Below, one piece after another: positions 46,813 to 56,644 of a stretch of 64,000 nucleotides of DNA. The number at the start of each line of letters is the position of its first letter. Position 1 is the stretch's first letter. The translations under genes were made by a program, and so were the position numbers. The notes beneath the pieces were generated by a model. It saw nothing but the letters and a program-made list of their open reading frames with translations. It searched no databases and was not told the origin of the DNA. Origin of the DNA: a virus (taxonomy: Duplodnaviria; Caudoviricetes); IMG/VR virus record IMGVR_UViG_2634166429_000001, positions 29,136-93,135 of that record, one strand, 5' to 3'.

Positions 46813-46968
46813 ATGGACACCACCGCCGCCATCCAGGCCGCCGCCACCGCGGTCCGCGCCCACCAGACCAGCCCCGACACCGTGACCCTCCGCGACATGC
46901 AGGACAAGGTCCAGCAGGCGCAGAACCAGGGCGCCAGCCTCCAGGACATCGCCAACGCCAACCGCTAG
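46813..46968 (+). CDS. 51-aa hypothetical protein
   Basis: RBS GGAGGA; MDTTAAIQAAA...; not in the ORF track. Confidence 0.6.
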   Translation: MDTTAAIQAAATAVRAHQTSPDTVTLRDMQDKVQQAQNQGASLQDIANANR

Positions 46969-47105
46969 CCCCCCGACCGCCGCCCGGTCTGGCCCCCTGG
47001 GCCGGGCGGCACCCTCTCTGGCCCTGCCCGAGACCCCACCACCTCGGTGGTGTGTCGAGTACGACCAGCCCCCACCCACCAACCCGAAGCCCGAAGGACC
47101 CCACC

Positions 47106-47465
47106 GTGGACCAGGACACCCGCGAACGACACACCGCCCGCTGCTACTCCCTGTGGGCCGCCGCCACCAACTACCGCCGTTACACCGCCGACATGTCCAC
47201 CGCCGACAAGACCAAGGCCGCCGCGGACCAGGTCAAGACAGTCGCCCTCACCCTCACCGCCAACCTCCTCCTCATAGCCGTCGTCCTCCTCGCCGGACTC
47301 ACCGGCTTCTACCTCCTCCTCGACTGGAACCAGTGGGCGGCCGCCGTCCTTGCCATCGCCGTCGGCTGTGCCGCTGACGACTACGCCACCCCGGTCCTCA
47401 GCCGGATGTTCGCCCCCGCCGTCGGCGCCGGCACGGACACGGACAAGACGGAGGCGAACGTCTGA
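47106..47465 (+). CDS. Membrane protein (Spd-like)
   Basis: Two TM helices. Confidence 0.55.
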   Translation: MDQDTRERHTARCYSLWAAATNYRRYTADMSTADKTKAAADQVKTVALTLTANLLLIAVVLLAGLTGFYLLLDWNQWAAAVLAIAVGCAADDYATPVLSRMFAPAVGAGTDTDKTEANV

Positions 47466-47686
47466 TGGCCTCCACACTCCACATCCCCGGCCCGCAGCAG
47501 CCCATCAGTGACGCCGAAGCCCGCATGCGGGTCTTCCAGATCATCGGCTCCGACATCCCGCCCGGCACCGCCGCCTACACCGGCGACTGGCACCAGGCGC
47601 TGAAGGCCACCGCCCGCCGCTGGACCCCCACCCGCAGGCAGCGCATCACCCGACGCCTCCGCCGCGCCCTCCACCTCGCCGCCTGA
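47465..47686 (+). CDS. Small basic protein
   Basis: TGATG coupling. Confidence 0.55.
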   Translation: MASTLHIPGPQQPISDAEARMRVFQIIGSDIPPGTAAYTGDWHQALKATARRWTPTRRQRITRRLRRALHLAA

Positions 47687-47709
47687 CCACCGGAAGGACA
47701 CCACACCCC

Positions 47710-48027
47710 ATGCTCGCCTCCCTTTTCCGCCGCCAGCCCATCAAGACCCCCGACGCCACCAGCGAGACCGCGCAGCCCGACGGCAGCACCATCCTCATGC
47801 GGTTCCTCACAGCGGGCGGCGCAGAAGTCCACGTCGCCTACCGCGGCATCTACACCGAGAACACCTTCTCCGGCACCCCGTACGGCGAGAAGGACCACAG
47901 CTGGACCTGCCACGGCTGCGACGAGCACACCGACCGCCGCCACCACTTCACCCTGACCGAAGCCCGCCGCGACGCCAACGACCACGCCACCGTCTGCCGG
48001 GCCATGCCGAAGCCCACCGCCGCCTGA
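47710..48027 (+). CDS. Zn-binding hypothetical protein
   Basis: WTCHGC...NDHATVC. Confidence 0.65.
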   Translation: MLASLFRRQPIKTPDATSETAQPDGSTILMRFLTAGGAEVHVAYRGIYTENTFSGTPYGEKDHSWTCHGCDEHTDRRHHFTLTEARRDANDHATVCRAMPKPTAA

Positions 48028-48064
48028 CCCTCCACCCCCACACGCCAGGAAGGAACCCGATCTC

Positions 48065-48967
48065 GTGACCACCGGCACCCGCCCGACTGGCCGACTCTCT
48101 GTCGTAGCCGACCGCATCGTGTGCGGACTCGCCTGGACCATGCAGGCCGTAGCAGCCGCCACGTACACCGCCGTCATCGTCCAGCCGGCCGGGTGGCGCT
48201 CCATGTGGGCCACAGACCCCGTGAACCCCATCTGCCTGTGGGTCTTCGCTGCCGGTATGGCCGGACTCTGGGGCATCAGCCTCTGGGAAGAACAGAAGAA
48301 CTTTTACGACCGGCGGTCCCAGCGGCTGTACCGCAAGTCCAGCCTCCTCGGGCACATCAGCGTGCTGCTGGTCGCTGCCCTCGCGGCCGCAGCCCAGCCG
48401 GAACGGATCGGGCTCTGGGTCATCCTGGCCATGTTTGCTTTCTACGCCACCCTCACCTGGTCCGCGTGGATGCGAACCCGGTTCCTGCCCCCAGAGGACC
48501 AGGCCGTCATCGACGCCATTCACGACCGCGAGGACCAGCAGGCGGCAGCAGCGCACGACGCCAGCCAGAAGGAACAACGCCGCCAGCGGCTCAGCGCCAT
48601 CGTGAACAGCCTCGGCTACCAGCTCACCGACACCCCGGCCGGCCAGAGCCGCAAGGAAGCCTCCGAGCAGACAAACCGCTGGTCGGTTCCCGCCGGGAAG
48701 CACGCCCCCCTCGTGTACTTCATCAGCAACGGCAACCGAATCAAGATCGGTACCTCCACCGAGCTGAAGCGCCGCATCCGCACCCTCGCCCTGCGCGCCG
48801 AGAACATCGCTCTCCTCATCGACGGAGACCGACGCCTCGAACGCCAGCTCCACGACCAGTTCGCCGACCTCCGAATCGGCAACACCGAGTGGTTCGCCTA
48901 CGAAAGCCCCCTCACCGACTTCGTCGCCGACCAGAACCGATCCGCCCGAAAGGAGCAGGCCAAGTGA
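48065..48967 (+). CDS. 4-TM membrane protein fused to a GIY-YIG (T5orf172-like) domain
   Basis: TM helices then VYFI...IKIGTS...RRIRTL...ERQLHDQF...EWF. Confidence 0.75.
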   Translation: MTTGTRPTGRLSVVADRIVCGLAWTMQAVAAATYTAVIVQPAGWRSMWATDPVNPICLWVFAAGMAGLWGISLWEEQKNFYDRRSQRLYRKSSLLGHISVLLVAALAAAAQPERIGLWVILAMFAFYATLTWSAWMRTRFLPPEDQAVIDAIHDREDQQAAAAHDASQKEQRRQRLSAIVNSLGYQLTDTPAGQSRKEASEQTNRWSVPAGKHAPLVYFISNGNRIKIGTSTELKRRIRTLALRAENIALLIDGDRRLERQLHDQFADLRIGNTEWFAYESPLTDFVADQNRSARKEQAK

Positions 48968-49965
48968 ACGCCACCACCGCCAAGAAGTCGCCCCTCGTCA
49001 AGCTCGCCGCCTTTCTGTCCCTCGGCTCCGTTATCTGGACCACCTGGAGCCTGTTCGACCTCCTCGGCGCTGGCCCGGCCGGCATCACCGTCGCCGCGTG
49101 CGCCGACGCCGTGTGGGGATCCGTCATCTACGCCGAATACCGCGGCGTCCGGGTCGCGGGCAGAAGGTGGCCGGTAGCCCTCTTCGGGTGGGCCTCCCTG
49201 ATCGCGGTCGCCGTGTTCCTCGTCTGGCACGGCATCGCCGACAGCAACCTCGCCATGGCCGGCGCCGGACCGTTCCTCCCCCTCGGCGCCAAGGTCATCT
49301 GGGTCCTCGCTATCGCCGACATGCGCGACCCCGCCGCCCTCACCGATGAAGAGAAGACCACCCTCGCCGCAATGGAACGCGGCCTGGCCTTCGAAGAGGC
49401 GCAGCACGCCACAGAGATGCGGCGCCGCACGATGCTTGCTGAGCTCCTCATGTCCGAGGTGTCCGTCGACTTCGACATCGAGCTGATGCGGCAGAACCGG
49501 ACCCGCGAACTGCACCGCCGCCGCCCCCTCGAGCTGACCGCCGGTGATACGCCCCGCATCACGCATCACGACAGCGATACGGACCAGGTCGACGATGCGC
49601 CCCACAGCCCCGACGCATCTACCGTCCTCGGCGTATCAGCAGCGCCCCACCGCCCGGCCCGAACCCTCACCGCCCGTACCGATGCGGTCAGTGAAGCCGC
49701 AGCTCACACCCACGATGCGCCCCAGATGCCCACCACCCCCGCCCGGCCCGCGGCGCCTCGCATCACCGATGCGGCGCTTCGCCTCGAGGGCCTCTCCAAG
49801 GCCGCCGCAGTCCGCGTGGTACGCGATGCGCTCCCCACCGCATCAGCGCCTCAGATCGCGGAGCGCCTCGCGCATCACGGAATCGACGCGAGTGATGCGT
49901 ACGTCCGCACCGTCCTGTCCCGCGAGAAGCAGCAGCGACCCGCCAGCGACGGCGGCTACCTCTAA
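48964..49965 (+). CDS. SpdB-like plasmid spread protein
   Basis: Four TM helices, coiled coil, C-terminal HTH; in the tra operon. Confidence 0.65.
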   Translation: MNATTAKKSPLVKLAAFLSLGSVIWTTWSLFDLLGAGPAGITVAACADAVWGSVIYAEYRGVRVAGRRWPVALFGWASLIAVAVFLVWHGIADSNLAMAGAGPFLPLGAKVIWVLAIADMRDPAALTDEEKTTLAAMERGLAFEEAQHATEMRRRTMLAELLMSEVSVDFDIELMRQNRTRELHRRRPLELTAGDTPRITHHDSDTDQVDDAPHSPDASTVLGVSAAPHRPARTLTARTDAVSEAAAHTHDAPQMPTTPARPAAPRITDAALRLEGLSKAAAVRVVRDALPTASAPQIAERLAHHGIDASDAYVRTVLSREKQQRPASDGGYL

Positions 49966-49988
49966 CCCGCCCAGAAGGAGAACCACCG

Positions 49989-50183
49989 ATGGATCAGCGC
50001 GTGTTCGGCCCGTACTACGGCACCCCGCCCGAGGACCGCAGTCCCCGCCCCACGATCGTCATCGCCCCACCCGCCGTGCCGCGCGCCACGACCAGACGGC
50101 AGGACCCGCGGATCACGAAGCGGCGCCTGCTCCTCGCCGTACGTCAGCTGACCAAACGCACCGCACCCCAGAACCGCCCCTGA
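49989..50183 (+). CDS. Small basic protein
   Basis: RBS AAGGAG. Confidence 0.55.
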   Translation: MDQRVFGPYYGTPPEDRSPRPTIVIAPPAVPRATTRRQDPRITKRRLLLAVRQLTKRTAPQNRP

Positions 50184-50219
50184 CCAGCACCAACACCCCA
50201 CCGAGAAGGGAGGCCGACC

Positions 50220-50738
50220 ATGGCCCTGACCCAGCAGATCGGACAGCGGGCGGCGCCCACCAGCGCCGCACCCGTGCGGCCCGCACCCGCACCCGCACCC
50301 GCGCGCGGGCCGGCCACGGCCCCCCGCCCCGCCCCCGTAGCCCCCGACTACCCCTCCCGCCTGCACCTCCTCATCCCGCCCGGCGTCCGCAACCAGATGG
50401 CTGCCTGGGGCCTGTGGCAGAACCCCATCCCGCTCATCCCCTCCGACCACCTCGCCCAGACGCTCGCCGTCCTCGAGCGCCACGGATGGGGCAAGTCCCT
50501 GGACTTCTCCCCGACGGGCCGCATGTGCATCCGCGGCGCCCAGACCCTCCTCCAGCACACCGGACACGTCACCCCGACCTCACGGAACCGGGCCGTCGAC
50601 TACATGCAGCAGACCCTCCGCGAACACCGCATCCACGAACCCTTCTTCGCCTGGAACGACCACACCGACCGCACATTCGAGCAGGTCAGCGACCTGCTCA
50701 CCCTGTCCGCGCACGCAGCCCGCAAGAACGGAGAATAA
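50220..50738 (+). CDS. DUF6197-like protein
   Basis: LERHGW...CIRGA...WNDHTDRTFEQV. Confidence 0.6.
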   Translation: MALTQQIGQRAAPTSAAPVRPAPAPAPARGPATAPRPAPVAPDYPSRLHLLIPPGVRNQMAAWGLWQNPIPLIPSDHLAQTLAVLERHGWGKSLDFSPTGRMCIRGAQTLLQHTGHVTPTSRNRAVDYMQQTLREHRIHEPFFAWNDHTDRTFEQVSDLLTLSAHAARKNGE

Positions 50739-50744
50739 GCCCCC

Positions 50745-51338
50745 ATGTCCCCCGAGGAATTCCACAACGAATTCGCCCCCGAATTCGCGCCCGAGACCAG
50801 CGCATACGGGAACACCGTGTATCCGGTGAAGCCCGGTCTGACCAGGCGTGGAAAGGTTGCCCTGGCTGTCGGCGTCACGGTCATTGCGAGCGGAGGAATG
50901 CTGACCTGGCAGCACTACTCCGCGCAGGCCCAGGAGAACGGGATCAAGGCACAGGAACTCGCCCTGAAGCAGCAGGAACTGCGCATCCAGGAACTGAAGG
51001 AAATCAACAAGGCGACCGCTGCTCAGAGTAAGGAGCAGGACGCCGAGGACGCCGACCGGAAGAAGTTCGTCGACGCCTGCGTGCAGGCCGACAAGAGCCT
51101 CATCGGGAAGCAGATGGGCGTCAAGTACAGCTCCGTCGTCGCCGACTGCCAGGCCCAGTATCAGGGCGGTCAGACCAGCGTGGCCGGGGCTGACATGGCA
51201 GCGGTCGGGGCCGCTGCGGGCACCGTCGGTGGTGGTGGAGCCAGCATCAACTCCACGGGCCTCCTGGCCATCGCGGCCGGCGGTGGCGTCCTTGTTCTGG
51301 TGGCCGCACGCCGCACCAAGAAGGTCAACGCAAAGTAA
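50745..51338 (+). CDS. Membrane-anchored coiled-coil protein
   Basis: N- and C-terminal TM segments. Confidence 0.7.
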   Translation: MSPEEFHNEFAPEFAPETSAYGNTVYPVKPGLTRRGKVALAVGVTVIASGGMLTWQHYSAQAQENGIKAQELALKQQELRIQELKEINKATAAQSKEQDAEDADRKKFVDACVQADKSLIGKQMGVKYSSVVADCQAQYQGGQTSVAGADMAAVGAAAGTVGGGGASINSTGLLAIAAGGGVLVLVAARRTKKVNAK

Positions 51339-51461
51339 CCGTTGATGTTCATTCCTCACTCACTGACACCGCTGGATGCCCAGGATCCGGGTCCCACATG
51401 ACCGGCCGCCAGGGCATCCACGGAAGGAATGAATGAGGAATGAAGTGACAGAGAGTGAGGA

Positions 51462-53177
51462 ATGATGGCGACCGACACGGTCCCCGCAGCGGTCCCCATG
51501 CCGCCCGAACCGCCGAACGGGACGCCGGCTGCAACGAACCACACCACCCCCGGCAGAGGCTTCCTGGCATCCATGGTGGCCGCCGTGGAACCCGCCCGCC
51601 CCACCACCTTCGACCTCGCCCCCACCCCCGACACCACCACCAGCGACACCCCGGACGGGGTACTGGACCGCTCCACCCCCGGCATGTCCTCAGCCTCCTT
51701 CCGCGGCACCCAGGACGCCGCCGAAAAGGACCCGTCCGGCGAAAAGCGCAAGGCCCAGGGATCCGTCTGGAAAGCGTGGTGGCTGGCGGGTGCGCAGCGC
51801 TGGGCGAAGGGCGGCGGAACCGCCAACAAGCGCCTCGACCTGCACAAGGCCAGGGCCCAGTCCCACCAGGTGAAAGAAGCCCGGACGACGACCGTCAACA
51901 AGTCCGGCGGATTCCCCATCCGTAATTCCGGATCTGCCGGTGGTGGCGCGAAAGGAATCGACAGGAAGCCCGCCCCGAATAGCGGCGGGAAAGGCCCGGT
52001 CAACGCGTCTGGTAACCGTTCCGGTGGTGCTGGATTGGGCGGGTCCGGAGGCGGTGCGGGCAGGCAGTCCGGCGGCCAGAAGACGCCCGTCGTGAAGCAG
52101 CAGCCGGCCGCCAAGCACCAGGGGAAGGGCACGCCGGGCGCGGGCGGCGCGGGCTCCGCAGGCGGAAACTCCGGCACCGGCGCAAGCAAGGGCAGCGGCG
52201 GCCACGACACCAAGACGAAAACCCACGGTGACAAGACCTCCGGCAAGACACCCGGAACCGGCAGCGGCACCAGCACCAGCGCGGGCGGCTCCGGGAAGCA
52301 GGGATCGTCCGGGAAGAACGGCACCACGGGCAAGGACGGACACTCCGGCACCACCGGATCCGACGGCCGCCGAACCGCCGACGCCCAGGGCCAGGGCCAG
52401 GGACAGGGAGACGACACGGCCACCCGCAAGGGCAAGAAGCCCGGCGAGCAGCACGACACCCGGACCCCGCTCGAGAAGTCCCGCGAAACCGGCCACAAAG
52501 ACGGCAGCACCGTCCGCGACGTCGTCGACCACGTCATGGCATACGTCGACGGCGGAGTCGACGGCTGGCACGACAAGAAGGCCCAGAACGCCAAGGAACA
52601 CGCCCGCCTCGACAAGGCCTACGACGACCGCATGACGAAGACCGGACGCGACCAGGCCACCACCACAGCCGACCAGGAGGACGACGGAGTGTCCACGGAC
52701 ATCAAGCCCCTCACCGTCAAGAACATCGACGCCAACACCCTCACCCTGGGCACCGACGCCACCCGCCCCACCATCGGCCGCCGCGAACTGCGCAACTTCA
52801 AGCAGTACGAATCCAAGCTCGAGGAGAAGTCGACCAACCTCGACAAGATCGCCGAAGCATGCACCCTGCTGGAGAAGGAAGCCGAGAACGAAGCCCGGGA
52901 ATGCCAGACCCTGGCCGAGCAGGCCAAGAGCATCGAAGGCGGCGAAAAGCTCCTGGCCACACTCAACCGGCTCACCGACGCGGCGAAGAACCAGGCCACG
53001 GAAGCCAGCGAACTCACCCGGCGCGCCCAGCGCGCCGCGGAACTGTGCAAGTCCGTCCTCGCCAACATCCAGACCCGGTACACGCCCCTGTACAAGGCCG
53101 TCGTCGACAGCGACGAGATCAAGCCCGCCGAACTGCGCTTCTACAACGACAAGGGCGTCTACGCCACCGCCGCCTGA
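51462..53177 (+). CDS. Gly/Ser/Lys-rich transfer-associated protein with C-terminal helical hairpin
   Basis: Low-complexity middle, helical C-terminus; two genes upstream of traB. Confidence 0.7.
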   Translation: MMATDTVPAAVPMPPEPPNGTPAATNHTTPGRGFLASMVAAVEPARPTTFDLAPTPDTTTSDTPDGVLDRSTPGMSSASFRGTQDAAEKDPSGEKRKAQGSVWKAWWLAGAQRWAKGGGTANKRLDLHKARAQSHQVKEARTTTVNKSGGFPIRNSGSAGGGAKGIDRKPAPNSGGKGPVNASGNRSGGAGLGGSGGGAGRQSGGQKTPVVKQQPAAKHQGKGTPGAGGAGSAGGNSGTGASKGSGGHDTKTKTHGDKTSGKTPGTGSGTSTSAGGSGKQGSSGKNGTTGKDGHSGTTGSDGRRTADAQGQGQGQGDDTATRKGKKPGEQHDTRTPLEKSRETGHKDGSTVRDVVDHVMAYVDGGVDGWHDKKAQNAKEHARLDKAYDDRMTKTGRDQATTTADQEDDGVSTDIKPLTVKNIDANTLTLGTDATRPTIGRRELRNFKQYESKLEEKSTNLDKIAEACTLLEKEAENEARECQTLAEQAKSIEGGEKLLATLNRLTDAAKNQATEASELTRRAQRAAELCKSVLANIQTRYTPLYKAVVDSDEIKPAELRFYNDKGVYATAA

Positions 53178-53201
53178 CCCCGCCCCAGGAAGGACCCGAC
53201 C

Positions 53202-53585
53202 ATGTCGACAGACCTCACCTACAAGGCCCTGCTGCGGGCCGTGCAGAACAAACAGCAGACCCTGGCCCGCAACGCCGAGAACGTGAAGCAGGCCGCGGAC
53301 ACCATCACCCAGTACGCCGACGACACCGCGAAAGACGCCGACACTCTGGGCGCCAAGTCCGTCGACCGTGACTCGATCGCCGAATGCCAGGAACTCGCCA
53401 GGACCATCCGCGGCGTGTCCGAGACCGCCCACACCTACGCCGCGAAGGGCGCCGACACCGCCAAGGCCGCCAAAGCCGCAGCAGACCAGGCCCGCAGCAC
53501 CCACGGCGGCTTCCAGGAAGCCTTCGACCGCTCCAGCATCACCGGCCTCGAGGACGTCAGCCGCGACTGGCTCGAGCAGGAATAA
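53202..53585 (+). CDS. Helical transfer-associated protein
   Basis: RBS AGGAAGG; all-helical. Confidence 0.7.
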   Translation: MSTDLTYKALLRAVQNKQQTLARNAENVKQAADTITQYADDTAKDADTLGAKSVDRDSIAECQELARTIRGVSETAHTYAAKGADTAKAAKAAADQARSTHGGFQEAFDRSSITGLEDVSRDWLEQE

Positions 53586-53653
53586 CACCCACCCGCCACC
53601 GGCGGCCCGAACCCGCGGGCCGCCACCCCACTTGAAGACGAGGAGCCCCACCC

Positions 53654-55996
53654 GTGTCCACGAACACCCACTCCGCGCCGCGCACCGAACCCGCGGAGCG
53701 GGCCGCCGCCCTCGGCCAGACCCTCCTGCCCGTCGCCGCCGGCGCCCTCGCGCCGATGCTCGACCCCTCCGCCGCCGTCATCGCCGGCGGCGCCTACCTG
53801 GCCGGTGCAGCCCTCGTGTACGCCAACTTCACCAGCCAGCTCGGCACCTGGGCCGACGACCTCCCCGCCATCGACATCGCCCGCAAACACCGCGACACCC
53901 TCGGCATCGCCACCCTCACCACCGGCATGGCCCTCGGCGTCGGCATCACCGGCGGTCCCCAGGCCACCGAACTCCTCATGGCCGGCGTCACCCAGATCGC
54001 CACCCAGCCGCTGCCCGCGATCCTGTCCCTCGGCTGGCTGGCAGGCGTCGCCCTGGTCCCGGTCAAGCTCCGCAACGTCCTCGGACGCAAGAAGGCCAAG
54101 ACCGCCCCCGCCGGTACCGCCGCACCCCTCAATCAGGGGCCCGCCGCCCCCATCACCCTCGCCGACCAGATCATGGCCTCCTGGGACGTCCACATCTCCC
54201 ACCCCGACAAGGGAACCCACCGCCACCAGATCCTCACCGACGTCACCGTCTACACCGACCGATGGACCGGCCGCATCATCGCCCCCTCCGGCGCCTCCGT
54301 GAACGTCAGCAAGGAAGCCGTCTCCTCCGTCTACAAGAAGAACGCCGGATGGATCACCATCCAGCACGGCGACCACGCCGGCGAAGCCCTCATCACCGTC
54401 TCCCACAACGCGCCCGCCGACCTCGACCCCAACACCCTCGAAGGCGCCTGGAAGAAGCGCGTGGCCTGCACCGGCGGCACCATGCCGAAAACCCACCTCG
54501 AAAAGGTCACCGACGACCCCAACACCGGAGGCAAGGCCGCCTGGGTCATCGCCGACGACGACATGCGCGGCGCCCTCAAAGCCCCCGACCTCATCGACCT
54601 CGCCGGCGACCTCCGCAAGTCCCCCCTCCTGATCTCCTACGAACCCAACTCCACAAATGTCCGCAAGGCGATCATCCGTGTCATGGATGCCAACCCCCTC
54701 GAGGCAGGCCACGACTTCCAGGGCCTGGACTCCATGAAGGCCTCCGCCGGCGGCTGGTTCCCCATCGGCAAAATCATCTCCGGCCACCCGGCACGCTTCC
54801 AGATGTTCGACCCCGCCCTCGGCGCACTCCACATCGTCATCGCCGGCACCACCGGCAGCGGCAAGGGCGGAGCCGTCCAGGTCGTCTGCCTCGGCTACCA
54901 CGCCAACGGCGCCGCCATCCTCTACGCCGACCCCAAAGGCGCATCCAACCCCGCCATCCCGAAAATGGCCGCCTACTCCGGCCTCCAAAAACACGGCGCT
55001 CTCGGCGCCATGCGCATCTCTTACTGGGTCCTCCAGCACCGCATCGAGGAGGCCAGCAAGTACGACCTGAAGAACTTCCAACCTTCCAAGATGCGCCCCT
55101 GGTGCCCCACCGTCCTCGACGAAGCACCACAGATGCTCGGCCCCAAGGTCCCCAACCGTGCCGAGGCCGTCCACATCGTCAAAGCCGGCGCCAGCCTCGG
55201 CCGATCCATGGGCATGCCCTGGGCCCTCATCACCCAGACCGTCAACCTCGACCAGATGGGCGGAGAACAGGCCATCCGCGCCAACCTCCTCGCCGGCGGA
55301 GCATGGATCATCCTCCGGACCGACTCCGACCAGGTCAACCTCGGCGACCTCCCCACCGGATTCGAAGGCATCGACCCCTCCAAGATCCCCGCCGTCTGGC
55401 CCACCGAAGACGAATCCCTCATCTACGACCCCGACATCCCCGAGAACGACCCCCGCCGCACCTTCGGCCTCGGCTACCTCGCCACCCCCGGCGGCCGCGC
55501 CGGCATGATGCGCATCGACACCCTCGAAGACGCCACCCCCCACACCCGCCCCGACCTCGTCGCCGTCCCCGAAGACGTCCCCTGGTGGGGCGACGAAGCC
55601 AAGATGGAAGAACTCGCCAACACCCCCCTGCCCGGCTTCGAGGAGAAGGGCGACGGAAGCGACGACGAAGACGGCGGCTCCCGCCAAGTCATCGCCACCG
55701 GCATGACCTTCCAGAAGAAAGACGCCACCGCGGAAGAGAAGATCCTCACCGCGCTCCGCGACGAAGCCGACCCCATCCACCTCGACTACCTCAACGGCGG
55801 CAACGACATCGACCCCGACGACTTCGAGATCACCTACACAGACCGGACCGCCCTCCTCACCACCACCGGCCTGAAGGAAGGCACCTTCGCTAACGCCCTC
55901 GGCAAGCTCGAGACAGCAGGCAAAATCCACCGGATCGCGGAAGGCAAGACCGTACGCGTCGGCCTCGGCCGGCCCATCGACGACACAGCCGCGTAG
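53654..55996 (+). CDS. traB: TraB-like FtsK/SpoIIIE conjugative DNA translocase
   Basis: N-terminal TMs, Walker A GTTGSGKG, DPKG, Walker B VLDEA, ITQ, C-terminal wHTH. Confidence 0.8.
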   Translation: MSTNTHSAPRTEPAERAAALGQTLLPVAAGALAPMLDPSAAVIAGGAYLAGAALVYANFTSQLGTWADDLPAIDIARKHRDTLGIATLTTGMALGVGITGGPQATELLMAGVTQIATQPLPAILSLGWLAGVALVPVKLRNVLGRKKAKTAPAGTAAPLNQGPAAPITLADQIMASWDVHISHPDKGTHRHQILTDVTVYTDRWTGRIIAPSGASVNVSKEAVSSVYKKNAGWITIQHGDHAGEALITVSHNAPADLDPNTLEGAWKKRVACTGGTMPKTHLEKVTDDPNTGGKAAWVIADDDMRGALKAPDLIDLAGDLRKSPLLISYEPNSTNVRKAIIRVMDANPLEAGHDFQGLDSMKASAGGWFPIGKIISGHPARFQMFDPALGALHIVIAGTTGSGKGGAVQVVCLGYHANGAAILYADPKGASNPAIPKMAAYSGLQKHGALGAMRISYWVLQHRIEEASKYDLKNFQPSKMRPWCPTVLDEAPQMLGPKVPNRAEAVHIVKAGASLGRSMGMPWALITQTVNLDQMGGEQAIRANLLAGGAWIILRTDSDQVNLGDLPTGFEGIDPSKIPAVWPTEDESLIYDPDIPENDPRRTFGLGYLATPGGRAGMMRIDTLEDATPHTRPDLVAVPEDVPWWGDEAKMEELANTPLPGFEEKGDGSDDEDGGSRQVIATGMTFQKKDATAEEKILTALRDEADPIHLDYLNGGNDIDPDDFEITYTDRTALLTTTGLKEGTFANALGKLETAGKIHRIAEGKTVRVGLGRPIDDTAA

Positions 55997-56302
55997 ACAG
56001 CGACCGAAGCGACCGGCCCCCGGACACCACCGTCCGGGGGCCGGCGCGTGCACAGGGGATACCAGCCCAGACAGACCCCCAGAACTGCGCCACCATCAAA
56101 CGTGTCGGCCCGAACGGGGGTGAGCCCGGTGTCCCCGCGCCCAACTCGCCCCCGACGGGCCGACACACCCCCCGCATATATGCACCCACCCCGGGCATCA
56201 GCCCACCACGACTCGGGACGCCCACCCCCAGACGCCCCGAGCACCCGACGGCCCCGCACACGACCAATCCCCCCGGTCGCAGTGCGGGGCCGCTCCCATT
56301 CC

Positions 56303-56530
56303 TCAGCCGTAGTAGTCATCCGTATACACCGGCCCCGACGGCTCGTCCTCACACCCCTCGGACCGATCCGGCGTCCCATGCATGACCACCAAGCTGTACC
56401 CCCGCGGCAGACCACACCCCTTATCCGCCCACTGCCCAGCCATCGCCGTCCACGCAATCAGCACCACCAGAACAGCCACAATCTTCACCGTGCGCGAAGG
56501 CCGCCAGCCCCGCTTCTCAGACTCCGTCAT
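56303..56530 (-). CDS. Small membrane protein
   Basis: Single TM; divergent from the terminase genes. Confidence 0.5.
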   Translation of the reverse strand: MTESEKRGWRPSRTVKIVAVLVVLIAWTAMAGQWADKGCGLPRGYSLVVMHGTPDRSEGCEDEPSGPVYTDDYYG

Positions 56531-56557
56531 GCCGCGCAGCATCCCCCCACCACCCGG

Positions 56558-56612
56558 GCAGGGGGAACGCTTCAGCCCAAATCGGCGATCATCTGTGACA
56601 AGGCGCGGGGCC
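56558..56612 (+). promoter_or_regulatory. Class B late promoter plus AGGCGCGGGGCC box
   Basis: GCAGGGGGAAC-18-GATCAT; box at 56601. Confidence 0.6.
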
Positions 56613-56644
56613 GACAATCACACACGAGCGGGAGCCCCACCGCC

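Noticed and set aside
51900-52420. Gly/Ser/Lys repeats and GGCCAG tandem
   Set aside because: Low-complexity protein linker, not a DNA repeat element.
53435-56053. Very long antisense or alternative-frame ORFs (e.g. 53435-56053, 51690-53651, 1954-3999, 61598-63589)
   Set aside because: Shadow ORFs expected in high-GC DNA opposite genes with clear motifs.
56100-56345. CCCGACGG repeats after traB as the clt locus
   Set aside because: Only about three irregular copies of a GC-rich 8-mer; not distinguishable from chance without a test.
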